Positions 47,886-56,332 of a stretch of 64,000 nt of DNA are shown in pieces. The notes under the pieces were generated by a model that saw only the letters and a program-made list of their open reading frames with translations, was not told where the DNA came from and searched no databases. The stretch is taken from the NCBI GenBank assembly GCA_034421295.1, contig DAOUKM010000003.1, positions 130,709 to 194,708 on the forward strand. The letters are read 5' to 3'. The position numbers and the translations under genes were made by a program. Positions within the stretch are counted from its first letter, which is position 1. Each line of letters opens with the position of its first letter. Source of the stretch: Dehalococcoidia bacterium. GTDB lineage: Bacteria > Chloroflexota > Dehalococcoidia > Lucifugimonadales > UBA2962.

Positions 47886-49913
47886 CTAGACTTCTATCTC
47901 GTGCCGCTGCTCTGCGATGCGGAACTTCAGCTTCTTGCTTGGTTTCATCGACGGTATGGGGTTGAACCGGAACTTGAAGTTCGCAGGTGAGACCTCGAGC
48001 GTGAAGTAATGGGCAATCATCAGCACGGTGACGGCAAGGTGCAATTCCACCCACCGAGAGCCGAGACACCTATGCGTGCCCAGCCCGTACGGTGCGTAGC
48101 CGGGGCTGAGATGTTCGTTGCGCGGAGGCAGGTAGCGGTCGATGTCGAACTTGAACGGGTCTGGGAAGACGTCGCTCATGTAATGTGAGGCTGTCGTGGC
48201 GATGTAGAGGCGTGACCCGACCGGCAGCTCATAGTTCTCGACCACACACGAATTCATCACGGTCCGAAGTGACATGGGAATGATCGGGTACATCCGCAGG
48301 CATTCCATAAGGAAGCGGTGCGTGACGTCAATGGCCTCCCGGGTGAAGTCCCCGGCTTTTGGGTCGCCGTTGTCAAAGAGGGCATCTGCTTCACGCTGGA
48401 TCTGGCGGTAGAGCGCAGGCTGCGACGCCATAGCGTACACCGCTAAGCTCAGTGCATCGCCAAGGTACATGCTGGCCAGCAGTGGCGCCGTAAGTGTGAA
48501 CCGCATATTCGATTCCGGGAAAAACTGCGGATCGCTCCCGTGCAGGCTGAGCAGGTCATCCACAAGGTCCCGAGCGGCTCCAGCCCGCTGGGCCGATGTA
48601 TGTTTATCCTGGATCCGACGCAGCACCGTGTCGATGGCTTTCCCGCGACGCCTCATGTTCGGGGTATTCAGCATGAATTTGGGCAAGACCTTCAGTACGT
48701 GAACCGCAAGCGCCCTTTCCTTGTACATGATCAGATCGTCGACGATATCTTGCGAGTTAAGGCTTACAACGAGCGGCGAGAGCTGTGCATTAATCATTCG
48801 CCGGCTCATGCTAGTAGCCGGTAAGATGCCTCCAACCTTCCAATCTGCCATTTGCTTCCGGCCTTGATGAAACAGTTGGTCTATCTGGCCCGCAAGCCTC
48901 TCGCGGGAATAACCCGGCTGCATGGCCTTGCGAAGGCGGAAATGGTCGGCGCCATCGAGGGAAGGTATCAGCCCTGAGGCGCCAAAGGCCTCCTCCATGC
49001 TGGTGAAGTAATCTCTGGCTCTCAGGTGCATGCGTCCGCGCTTGTTCACCCAGTTGTTTGTCTCAGGCCCGGCCAGGAAGACCATGGGCTCTGCGAACGG
49101 TCGGCGGATCTCGAACACCGGGCCATACTCGTGCGCAAGGTCCGCGAATAACGCCGGGATGTTGCCGGTGCGGACGTGCGGATTCAATAGCAGCTTGCGT
49201 AGTGATATTGAGGGAATGTCCTTGGTGAGTGCGGAACGTCGAAGCAGCGGTCCGGCTAGGTTCTGGGAGACCGCATCAGCTATGGACCGGGCGATAAGAT
49301 CCAACTTACAGATGGCCTGGATGCGCTCATCTATCACTTCATCGAGTTGAAACATGAAGCGAAAGACGTCGCAGGTATCGATCAGGGCGATGATGATGAT
49401 GTCTCTCGGATCGGGAATCTCATTATTGAAGATGACTTTGCTGATGCGAGTCCTGACGAAGTGCGCCGCATTGCCGTCCGACGAAGCGCTGGCCACTTCC
49501 GCGCGTAAGGCGGCGCGGGAAAGCGTCCAGAATTCGCCGTCATGGTGTTCCAGGATCTTCAGTTCAACCAAATGATCCAGAGCCATATCAATTATGGACT
49601 CTGCACGTGGGGCGAGCCGTTCGATCCAGTACTGGGCGTTCCGCCGTGCCGATTCCCCCGCGATCTCGTTGAGTATGGGGTCCAGCGTAGGGTCACCTGT
49701 TTCTGTCCTGTCCAAAAGGAACAGGGAATCCATGTCAGTGTCGATGCGTGACATGAGAGAAAGTTCCGCGAGCGCGGCGCCGGCAACGGTGCAGTTCAGA
49801 TCCCAGCCTGGTACTTGGTGGAAGTAACCGCTCTCCTCATTGAGGAGCATCAGTATGAGTTCTTCCGGCAGGCTTAACTGTTTGGCCGCTTCACCGTCCG
49901 TGGTGAGAGTCAT
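47886..49913 (-). CDS. GPP34(GOLPH3-like) - cytochrome P450 fusion protein, paralog A
   Basis: 675 aa. Residues 1 to about 225 are collinear with the stand-alone GPP34 protein (EELILMLLNEE, RIDTD, EIPDPRDIIIIALIDTCDVF, KLDLIA). The C-terminal roughly 450 aa is a P450: ExxR is ECLRMYP, the PERF-like motif is FDIDRYL and the Cys-ligand loop is YGLGTHRCLGSRW. Confidence 0.9.
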   Translation of the reverse strand: MTLTTDGEAAKQLSLPEELILMLLNEESGYFHQVPGWDLNCTVAGAALAELSLMSRIDTDMDSLFLLDRTETGDPTLDPILNEIAGESARRNAQYWIERLAPRAESIIDMALDHLVELKILEHHDGEFWTLSRAALRAEVASASSDGNAAHFVRTRISKVIFNNEIPDPRDIIIIALIDTCDVFRFMFQLDEVIDERIQAICKLDLIARSIADAVSQNLAGPLLRRSALTKDIPSISLRKLLLNPHVRTGNIPALFADLAHEYGPVFEIRRPFAEPMVFLAGPETNNWVNKRGRMHLRARDYFTSMEEAFGASGLIPSLDGADHFRLRKAMQPGYSRERLAGQIDQLFHQGRKQMADWKVGGILPATSMSRRMINAQLSPLVVSLNSQDIVDDLIMYKERALAVHVLKVLPKFMLNTPNMRRRGKAIDTVLRRIQDKHTSAQRAGAARDLVDDLLSLHGSDPQFFPESNMRFTLTAPLLASMYLGDALSLAVYAMASQPALYRQIQREADALFDNGDPKAGDFTREAIDVTHRFLMECLRMYPIIPMSLRTVMNSCVVENYELPVGSRLYIATTASHYMSDVFPDPFKFDIDRYLPPRNEHLSPGYAPYGLGTHRCLGSRWVELHLAVTVLMIAHYFTLEVSPANFKFRFNPIPSMKPSKKLKFRIAEQRHEIEV

Positions 49914-50085
49914 CCGTCTTGCTCCCGTGGACCATGCCGATGTTCTAGGCTGCCCGGTACCGTCCGTATGAGGGACAGTTTATCCTACCGACGAGGTAGC
50001 GATGCAGCCTTTTGGCGGCTCTATAATGCGCAACGCGTCGGGGCTGTACAGGTCGTTCCTGGGCCCTGCACGGGCTACCCTGGCC
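49914..50085 (-). promoter_or_regulatory. conserved 5' region of P450 paralog A
   Basis: About 130 bp directly upstream of the start is alignable almost base-for-base with 52732 to about 52865. It includes GGGAG about 8 nt before ATG and TAGAAC (plus strand gttcta, 49942-49947). Confidence 0.5.
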
Positions 50086-50590
50086 GAGGTGATCGAGACC
50101 CGCACATTTCTGAATCTTGAGGATCTCACAACCGCCTTTGAGGACGAGTCGCCTTGTCCGCCGCAGGATGCAGGACCGATCCAGGCTCCGTGCCACCCGG
50201 CACTGAGCGACCGGGATGAAGACACTGTGGAGTCAGGAGACAGCTACGCCCCCGAGCTTGCGTCTCTCTACTGGGAAGCTTCCGTTGGCCTGGCCCCCGA
50301 CGAGGTTGCATCAAGGGGTGTGTAAAAACGATCAGGCGGCGACCCTCTCTATCTGTTCCTCGATGGGGATTCCCCCGACCGAGAGCTGATGCGACAGGCC
50401 GTCGAAAGGCTTGTCGACAATAACCGCACCTGACGTGCCTTCCATTGAACGATCCGGAAGGCATCGATACGCTGCCACCTCAGTTCCCGGTCTACCTGGG
50501 CGATCCCACGGGAACTGGGATGATCCAAGAGGAATTGGAATCGCTCTGGTCGGGCGACGACAGCGCCATCAAGGCGACTCTGGTGAGGAG
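50086..50590 (+). pseudogene. decayed internal fragment of an RND exporter gene paralogous to 44309-46792
   Basis: EVIETRTFLNLEDLTTAFEDES..AGPIQ...YAPELASLYWEAS aligns to ESRTLLNLHDLTNAFDDEQ..AGPIQ...YDPELAALFREAS of the intact gene. LNDPEGIDTLPPQFPVYLGDPTGT...LESLWSGDDSAIKAT aligns to VNDPDGPDTMLLQFPILPGDPGGT...IDELWLGDDSAVAAT. In-frame stops lie at 50323-50325 and 50431-50433, and the frame changes after the second. The TM domains and both gene ends are missing. Confidence 0.7.
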
Positions 50591-50703
50591 GCCGGCTTGG
50601 CAGCTCGAGTAAACGCCTGCCGCGTTTGGCCCCTCGTCGCCGCTCGTTACCGGCAATACGCTAGCCGGCTGGCTGCGCGGAGAGACGAATGCCCGGCGGA
50701 CGG

Positions 50704-52731
50704 TCAGGCGCGTATCTCATGCCTCTGCTCGGCCACCCTAAGCTTCACCTTCTTGCCCAGAGACAGTGACGGAAGTGGACTGATCTTTGGCCAATCACCC
50801 ACGGGGGAAACCTCAAGCGTGAAGTAGTGAGCGATCATGAGTGCATTGACGGCCAGCTGCAGTTCCATCCAGCGGGAGCCGAGACAGGTATGCGTGCCCA
50901 GGCCGAAAGGGGCGTACCCGGGACTGAGGTGCTCATTGCGTGGAGGCGTATAGCGGTCGATGTCGAATGTGAAGGGGTCGGGGAAGACGCCCTTCATAAA
51001 GTGCGTGGCCGTTGTGGCGATGAATATTCGTGATCCAATCGGGAGTTCATAATCCTCGACAACGCACGTATTCATCACGTTCCGAATAGACATCGGGACG
51101 ATGGGGTACATGCGCAGGGTCTCCATGAGGAAGCGGTGAGTAACGTCTATTGCTGACGGCGTGAAATCCCCGCCCTTCGGATCGCCGTCGCCGAACAGGG
51201 CATCAGCTTCGCTCTGGATCTTGCTGTAGAGCTCAGGTTGGGACGCCATTGCATAGAGCGCGAAGCTGAGTGCATCGCCGAGGTAGACGCTGGCGATCAG
51301 CGCTGCTGCGAGCTGGAAGCGTAGAGTCGTCTCCGGGACGAACTGCGGATCGCTTGCATGCAGGCTGAGCCAGTCGTCCGCAAGGTCCCGGGGAGAACCG
51401 GCCCGCTGGGCGGGCGTGTGGACGCCTTGGACCCGCTTCAGCAACGTGTCCACTGCCTTCGCCCTGTGTCTCATGTCAGGAGTGTTGAGCATGAATTTGG
51501 GCAGGACCTTAATGATGTGAGTCAGGAGCGCCCGTTCTTTGTACTTGGCCAGATCGTCAAAGACATCCTGAGATTCCACGCTGATAAAGAGCGGCGAGAG
51601 TTGCGCGTTGATCAGCAGGCGGCTCATGCCCGTTGCGGGCATGGAGTCGCCGACCTTCCAATCCGCCATGTGCTTTCGGGCATGGCGGTAGAGAATATCC
51701 AGCTGTTCTGCGAGCCTGCCGCGGGAATACGCCGGGGACATGGCCTTGCGAAGCCGGAAATGCTCTGCCCCGTCCATAGAAGGCATCACTCCGGACGCGC
51801 CGTAGACCATCTCGAAGTCGGAGAAATAGTCTTTAGCCCTCAGGTACATGCGTCCGCTTCGATGCACCCAGCGGTTCGTCTCTGTCCCGGCAAGGAAGAT
51901 CATGGGTTTCTGAAGCGGCGGGTGGATCTTGAATACCGGGCCATACTCTTCTGCCAGGTCCGCAAAGAGCGCGGCAATGTTGCCGCTGCGGACGTGCGGA
52001 TTCAGCAGCAGCCTGCGCAGTGAGACTGTGGGTATATCCTTGGTGAGCGCGGAACGCCTAAGCAACGGACCGGCCATGTTCTCGGAGACGGCGTCGGCTA
52101 TGGATCGGGCGATAAGGTCCATCCTGCAGATGGCCTGGATGCGCTCTTCTATCTCGTCATCGAGCTGAAACATAAAACGAAAGACATCGCAGGTATCGAT
52201 CAGGGCGATGATGATGACATCTCTCGGATCGGGAATCTCATTGTTGAATATGACCTTGCTGATGCGAGTCCTGACGAAGTGCGCCGCATTACCCTCTGAC
52301 GACGCGCTGGACATCTCCGCCTGCAGGGCGGCACGGGAAAGCGTCCAGAATTCACCTTCATGGTGCTCCAGGATCTTCAGTTCAACCAGACGGTCCAGAG
52401 CCAGGTCGATTACGGACTCTGCCCGGGGGGCGAGCCGTTCGATCCAGTACTGGGCGTTCCGCTTTGCCGGCTCCCCCGCGATCTCCTTGAGTATGGGGTC
52501 CAGCGCGGGGTCACCCGTCTCGGTCCTGTCCACAAGGAAAAGGGAATCTACGTCAGTGTCGATGCGCGAGATGAGGGAAAGTTCCGCGAGCACAGCGCCG
52601 GCAACGGTGCAGTTCAGGTCCCAGCCGGGTACCTGGTGGAAGTAGCCGCTTTCCTCATTGAGGAGCATCAAGATGAGCTCTTCCGGCAAACTTAGCCGTT
52701 TGGTCTCTACACCGTCTGTAGTGAGAGTCAT
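50704..52731 (-). CDS. GPP34(GOLPH3-like) - cytochrome P450 fusion protein, paralog B
   Basis: Same architecture and length (675 aa) as paralog A when started at MTLTTDGVETKRLSLPEEL (ATG 52731). The track ORF start 52821 adds 30 non-homologous residues. The Cys loop is FGLGTHTCLGSRW and ExxR is ETLRMYP. Confidence 0.9.
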   Translation of the reverse strand: MTLTTDGVETKRLSLPEELILMLLNEESGYFHQVPGWDLNCTVAGAVLAELSLISRIDTDVDSLFLVDRTETGDPALDPILKEIAGEPAKRNAQYWIERLAPRAESVIDLALDRLVELKILEHHEGEFWTLSRAALQAEMSSASSEGNAAHFVRTRISKVIFNNEIPDPRDVIIIALIDTCDVFRFMFQLDDEIEERIQAICRMDLIARSIADAVSENMAGPLLRRSALTKDIPTVSLRRLLLNPHVRSGNIAALFADLAEEYGPVFKIHPPLQKPMIFLAGTETNRWVHRSGRMYLRAKDYFSDFEMVYGASGVMPSMDGAEHFRLRKAMSPAYSRGRLAEQLDILYRHARKHMADWKVGDSMPATGMSRLLINAQLSPLFISVESQDVFDDLAKYKERALLTHIIKVLPKFMLNTPDMRHRAKAVDTLLKRVQGVHTPAQRAGSPRDLADDWLSLHASDPQFVPETTLRFQLAAALIASVYLGDALSFALYAMASQPELYSKIQSEADALFGDGDPKGGDFTPSAIDVTHRFLMETLRMYPIVPMSIRNVMNTCVVEDYELPIGSRIFIATTATHFMKGVFPDPFTFDIDRYTPPRNEHLSPGYAPFGLGTHTCLGSRWMELQLAVNALMIAHYFTLEVSPVGDWPKISPLPSLSLGKKVKLRVAEQRHEIRA

Positions 52732-52935
52732 CCGTCTTGCTCCCCGTGGACCATGCCGATATTCTAGGCCGCTCAGTACCGTCGGTAGGATGGACATTTT
52801 ATCCCACCGGTGAGGCAGCACTGCTGCATCCTGGTGGCCCTATGATGCGGGATGCGTCCGGGAGGCGCGCGTCCGGGGCTGGACGGATCGCTTCTGGGTC
52901 CCGCGGGTCGGGCGCGATTTACCCTGGCCGGATCC
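52732..52935 (-). promoter_or_regulatory. conserved 5' region of P450 paralog B (shared divergent region with the Rieske gene)
   Basis: Homologous to 49914-50085. TAGAAT (plus strand attcta, 52761-52766) lies about 30 nt upstream of the ATG and a GGGGAG RBS is present. Confidence 0.5.
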
Positions 52936-53086
52936 AGGCATACAGATCGAAAACTCATGAGAGGAGCGTTGAGCGATAGCAACTCGATTTAAGGCGCCCG
53001 CGGACGCCCCGCTGGCTTCCCCGTTTCCAGAGGGCTGGTATTTCGTCGCAAGCCGTCGCACCATCTTAAAGGCGAAGCTCATCCAG

Positions 53087-54028
53087 ATGACCTGGATGAG
53101 CGAGAGCATCGTAGTCTGGTGCGACGAGAGCGGGCGGGTCTGCGTATCCGAGGCCTATTGCCCCCACCTCGGCGCCGATCTGGGGCCTGAGGCCGGGGGG
53201 AGAGTATGCGATGGTCGGCTCGTATGTCCCTTCCATGGCTATGAGTTCGATGCAACGGGCCAGTGCGTCGCCACCCCTTTCTCCCCTCCGCCGAAATTTG
53301 CGAGGCTGCGGGTCTTCGAGACGCGAGAGATAGCCGGGATGATCTTCGCGTGGTGGGGAATCCGGGGACGGGCGCCCCAGTGGCACCTGCCCTCAGAATC
53401 GCCTGACCAGACTGGTTGGAGCGATATTGATGTCAGGACCATCCGTTTTCCCGGGCATCCTCAGGAGACCACGGAGAACTCGGTGGACCTGGCGCACCTT
53501 CGGTACGTGCACGGTTACGACGGCGTAAACCGCGTCGGCCCCGTGTCCGTGGACGGTCCCCTTCTGGAAAGCAATTTCGACTTCACGAGAACCCGGACGA
53601 TCGCCGGTATAGCTAGCTTCACGTTCGATGTTTCAGCCAGGACCCGTATCTATGGACTGGGATACTCGTACGTGGAGATCCGCGAGCATTCCATCGGCAT
53701 GGACTTACGCCTGTGGATACTGGCGACTCCTGTCGACGGGAATCTAATAGACCTGTCTCTGGCAGGGCAGGTGCGGGAGATCAGTAACCCCAGGCGATGG
53801 ATATTGGGTCTCGGATTTCTCCCGGTGAGGCTGCGTGCGCCCATAATGAACAAGTTCATGGCCTCCCAGCAAGAAAAGGACGTGCGACAGGACGTGGTCA
53901 TCTGGAGCCGCAAGCAGTATAGGTCCCGCCCCCGCCTGTGCCGCTCCGATGGCGAGCTCATGCCATTTCGAGCCTACTGTGCCCAGTTCTATCCCGACCC
54001 CGGCGATTCTGACATCTCGGCTGTCTAG
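53087..54028 (+). CDS. Rieske [2Fe-2S] non-heme-iron oxygenase, alpha-subunit-like (true start probably upstream)
   Basis: The Rieske motif is CPHLGADL-x16-CPFHGYEF. The mononuclear iron motif is ENSVDLAHLRYVH (E-x3-D-x2-H-x4-H). The frame is open back to 52973 and encodes FPEGWYFVASRRTILKAK, the canonical first strands of the Rieske domain, but no ATG, GTG or TTG is present there. Confidence 0.85.
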   Translation: MTWMSESIVVWCDESGRVCVSEAYCPHLGADLGPEAGGRVCDGRLVCPFHGYEFDATGQCVATPFSPPPKFARLRVFETREIAGMIFAWWGIRGRAPQWHLPSESPDQTGWSDIDVRTIRFPGHPQETTENSVDLAHLRYVHGYDGVNRVGPVSVDGPLLESNFDFTRTRTIAGIASFTFDVSARTRIYGLGYSYVEIREHSIGMDLRLWILATPVDGNLIDLSLAGQVREISNPRRWILGLGFLPVRLRAPIMNKFMASQQEKDVRQDVVIWSRKQYRSRPRLCRSDGELMPFRAYCAQFYPDPGDSDISAV

Positions 54029-54274
54029 AGATGGTCCCTGGCTGCGGGGGACCGGCATTACGAGGGGATGAAAGGGCCTGACTTACACATTCGGTCCTCA
54101 GCATCCTGGTGCCAAGACCCTGCGCCGTGTCAGGGTTCAGTGATGCGTGCGGCGAGTCGCAAAGCCCGTCCGGAGTGAACGATTCGTGGCGTGCGGCAAG
54201 TCTAAACGCTGACTCCTTGGGACGCGGGAAATGGCCCGCGGGCTCGCCCTGACCAAGGATGCGGCACGTGGGTA

Positions 54275-54925
54275 TTAGGAATCTAGCAGGGCCTCAAAAA
54301 GCTCTCGCCAGTCCTCTTCGCTCTCACTCCCGTACTTGACGCTGGACAATACGACGCCGTCGGAATCGACGGTCACGTAGGCGGCCTGGCGGGTGACGTT
54401 GTAGCTCCTAACCACCTGGATATCGGCCACGGTCATTGGCCACAGGAATCCCTCGGACTGCTTATAGGCGAGGATCTGTTCGGTGGTCTCCAGCGGGTCA
54501 ATGTTCACCGCAAGAATCCCCACGCGGTCAGCGTATTCGGGCTGAACTTCCTTAAGGTGCCTCAACGAGGCACGGCAGGTTGGTCACCATGTGGTGTAGA
54601 AGTAGAGAAGAAGGGGGCGGCCGCTAAAGCTGGCCAGGCTGACCTGCTGACCTTCGACGGTGGCCAGCATGAAGTCCGGGGCCCTCTGGCCCACCTTATG
54701 TCCAACCTCCAGGGCCATCTGGGTAGGCGGAGTGGTGGGAATGGCCGTTGCCGCCGGCTGCTGAGGTTCCTCGGCGGGGGCAGTGACCGTCGACGTTGAT
54801 ATCTGCCGGGTCGTAGGGCTGTCCGCCCCGGACGTCTCTCCACTACAGCCGGCAAGCACAGCGGCCAGGGAAAGGCCCATGACCAGGGGAAGTAATGCCG
54901 GTCTGCCAGTCAGGGTGCGCAACAC
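54275..54925 (-). CDS. TlpA/redoxin-like thiol:disulfide oxidoreductase lipoprotein with in-frame TGA at the active site (candidate selenoprotein, UxxC)
   Basis: Track ORFs 54584-54925 and 54275-54565 are in the same frame and separated only by TGA (54584-54586). The joined reading is ...RPLLLYFYTTW-[TGA]-PTCRASLRHLKEV..., with the TGA replacing the first Cys of WCPTC. The N-terminus has lipobox LAGC. The downstream part has the thioredoxin fold (YNVTRQAAYVTVDSDGVV). Confidence 0.6.
54557..54573 (-). other. SECIS-like hairpin downstream of the in-frame UGA
   Basis: The mRNA reads UGA-CCAACCUGCC-GUGCCUC-GUU-GAGGCAC. This is a perfect 7-bp stem starting 10 nt after UGA, with an apical GUU loop 17 nt after the UGA. 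Confidence 0.5.
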
Positions 54926-55175
54926 GACTCTTGTGTGTCCTTCACTATGCCCTCAGTCGCAAATCGAGGGTAACAGGTGACATCGCTAGTTTCCATACCG
55001 GGCGAGGACCAGGTGTTGACGTCACTGTCGGTGACTCGGCGGAAGGTCGTCGATGTTGAGAGTGACCTGTCCATGTCCTCCCCGCGCTCGCGGCGCCTGC
55101 GGATTCAGCCGACCGGTCTTCGCCGCAAACTGCCGACCCGTGCCGCCCATGCAGGATGACTCTGCGGAACGACCC

Positions 55176-55556
55176 TCACCGGGCGACGGTGCACTCGTCG
55201 AAGACGACTATCCGGTCTGCGCGAACGAGCTTCCCGAAGAGAGTTACGTACTGACCCGTATCCAATCGCGAAACGGACTCCGGGTCATCGAACCGGCACT
55301 CAATGTATCGGTCCCGTTGCGATAGCCGATCGTCAAGGTGGAACTGAACCCTCGGGCCGTCAATATCCGTTATGTGGCCCGAAAACCTGCGCATTTCTTC
55401 GGCCGCTATCCGCCCGGCCAATCGGATGGGATTGGACTCTCTTTCGTGTTGATAAAGGTCATACAGGCTCTGAGGGCGAGATTCCTCTGTTCCGCACGCC
55501 GCTATCGCCAGAACGGCTAGCCCCGCCGCCATCAAAGAAAAAACCGTGATCTTCAT
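55176..55556 (-). CDS. hypothetical lipoprotein
   Basis: 126 aa. The signal peptide has a lipobox (MKITVFSLMAAGLAVLAIAACG). I recognise no family. Confidence 0.55.
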   Translation of the reverse strand: MKITVFSLMAAGLAVLAIAACGTEESRPQSLYDLYQHERESNPIRLAGRIAAEEMRRFSGHITDIDGPRVQFHLDDRLSQRDRYIECRFDDPESVSRLDTGQYVTLFGKLVRADRIVVFDECTVAR

Positions 55557-55777
55557 CTCCCACCTCTAGAGTACTCATACTCCAAGCCAGGCATATGGTC
55601 CGCATTCTCTCACGCGGGGATCTACTTCCGCGGAACATCCAACCGCATGTATTCCCCGAGCAGCGACGAGGGAACCTGTGCACCGGCGGTGGCCTTGCCT
55701 GCTAAACCGCCTGTATCGCCTCCGCCACAGGTTGCTCATGGTCGTCCATCCGTCGCCGTCTTAACGCTTTACGGGAC

Positions 55778-56332
55778 TCATGGACAATCCCTGTCACTGA
55801 TGGAGCCATCAGCGGTCTTGGTACGGCAGTAGATGACCCCATCCAATATCGCATCCTCAAGGTCGGCGTTCTCGAGATCTGCGCCTGTGAAGTCGGATCC
55901 GGACAGGTCGGCCTGGTAGAAGGAGGCTCCCCTGAGGTTGGCATCCTGGAAGCTCACGCCCCGCACGTTCGCTCCCTCGAAAAACACCCCTTCGAGGTTG
56001 GACCCTACGAAGCTGGCCCCCTCGAGGATCGCCTCAGAGAAATCGGCCGCTTCTCGGCCTCTGGAGCCCCCGCCCTGGACAGACGGGATCTCGCTGAAGT
56101 CCTGACCGTCGAAGCTGGCGCCCGGGCATTCGGCCTCTGGGCCTACAGCGCACCCCTGAACATCTTTGGGGACGGTGGGGACCGGGGTGATCGAAGGGAC
56201 CATAGTCAGCTGTGTCGAGAAACTGCCCGGCTCGCTGGTACAGGACAGGGCAAAGACAATGGTCACGGCCACCAGCGGGAACAGTACCTTCCCGGGGATG
56301 CCTAAGCGGTAGCCGCAATCGCCGCGCACCAC
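55778..56332 (-). CDS. pentapeptide-repeat lipoprotein
   Basis: 184 aa with lipobox FALSC. The C-terminal half is A(D/N)LxG pentapeptide repeats (ANVRGVSFQDANLRGASFYQADLSGSDFTGADLENADLEDA). Confidence 0.8.
   Translation of the reverse strand: MVRGDCGYRLGIPGKVLFPLVAVTIVFALSCTSEPGSFSTQLTMVPSITPVPTVPKDVQGCAVGPEAECPGASFDGQDFSEIPSVQGGGSRGREAADFSEAILEGASFVGSNLEGVFFEGANVRGVSFQDANLRGASFYQADLSGSDFTGADLENADLEDAILDGVIYCRTKTADGSISDRDCP

Noticed and set aside
52732-52821. Upstream start (52821) for P450 paralog B
   Set aside because: The 30 extra residues have no counterpart in paralog A. The DNA here aligns to the non-coding 5' region of paralog A, and the homologous ATG with a GGGAG RBS is at 52731.
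54584-54586. TGA as an ordinary stop, giving two separate genes or a dead gene
   Set aside because: This is not fully excluded but less likely. Neither half is a complete thioredoxin fold on its own, the codon coincides with the catalytic Cys position, and a SECIS-like hairpin follows at the expected distance. It is kept as the alternative hypothesis in the finding.
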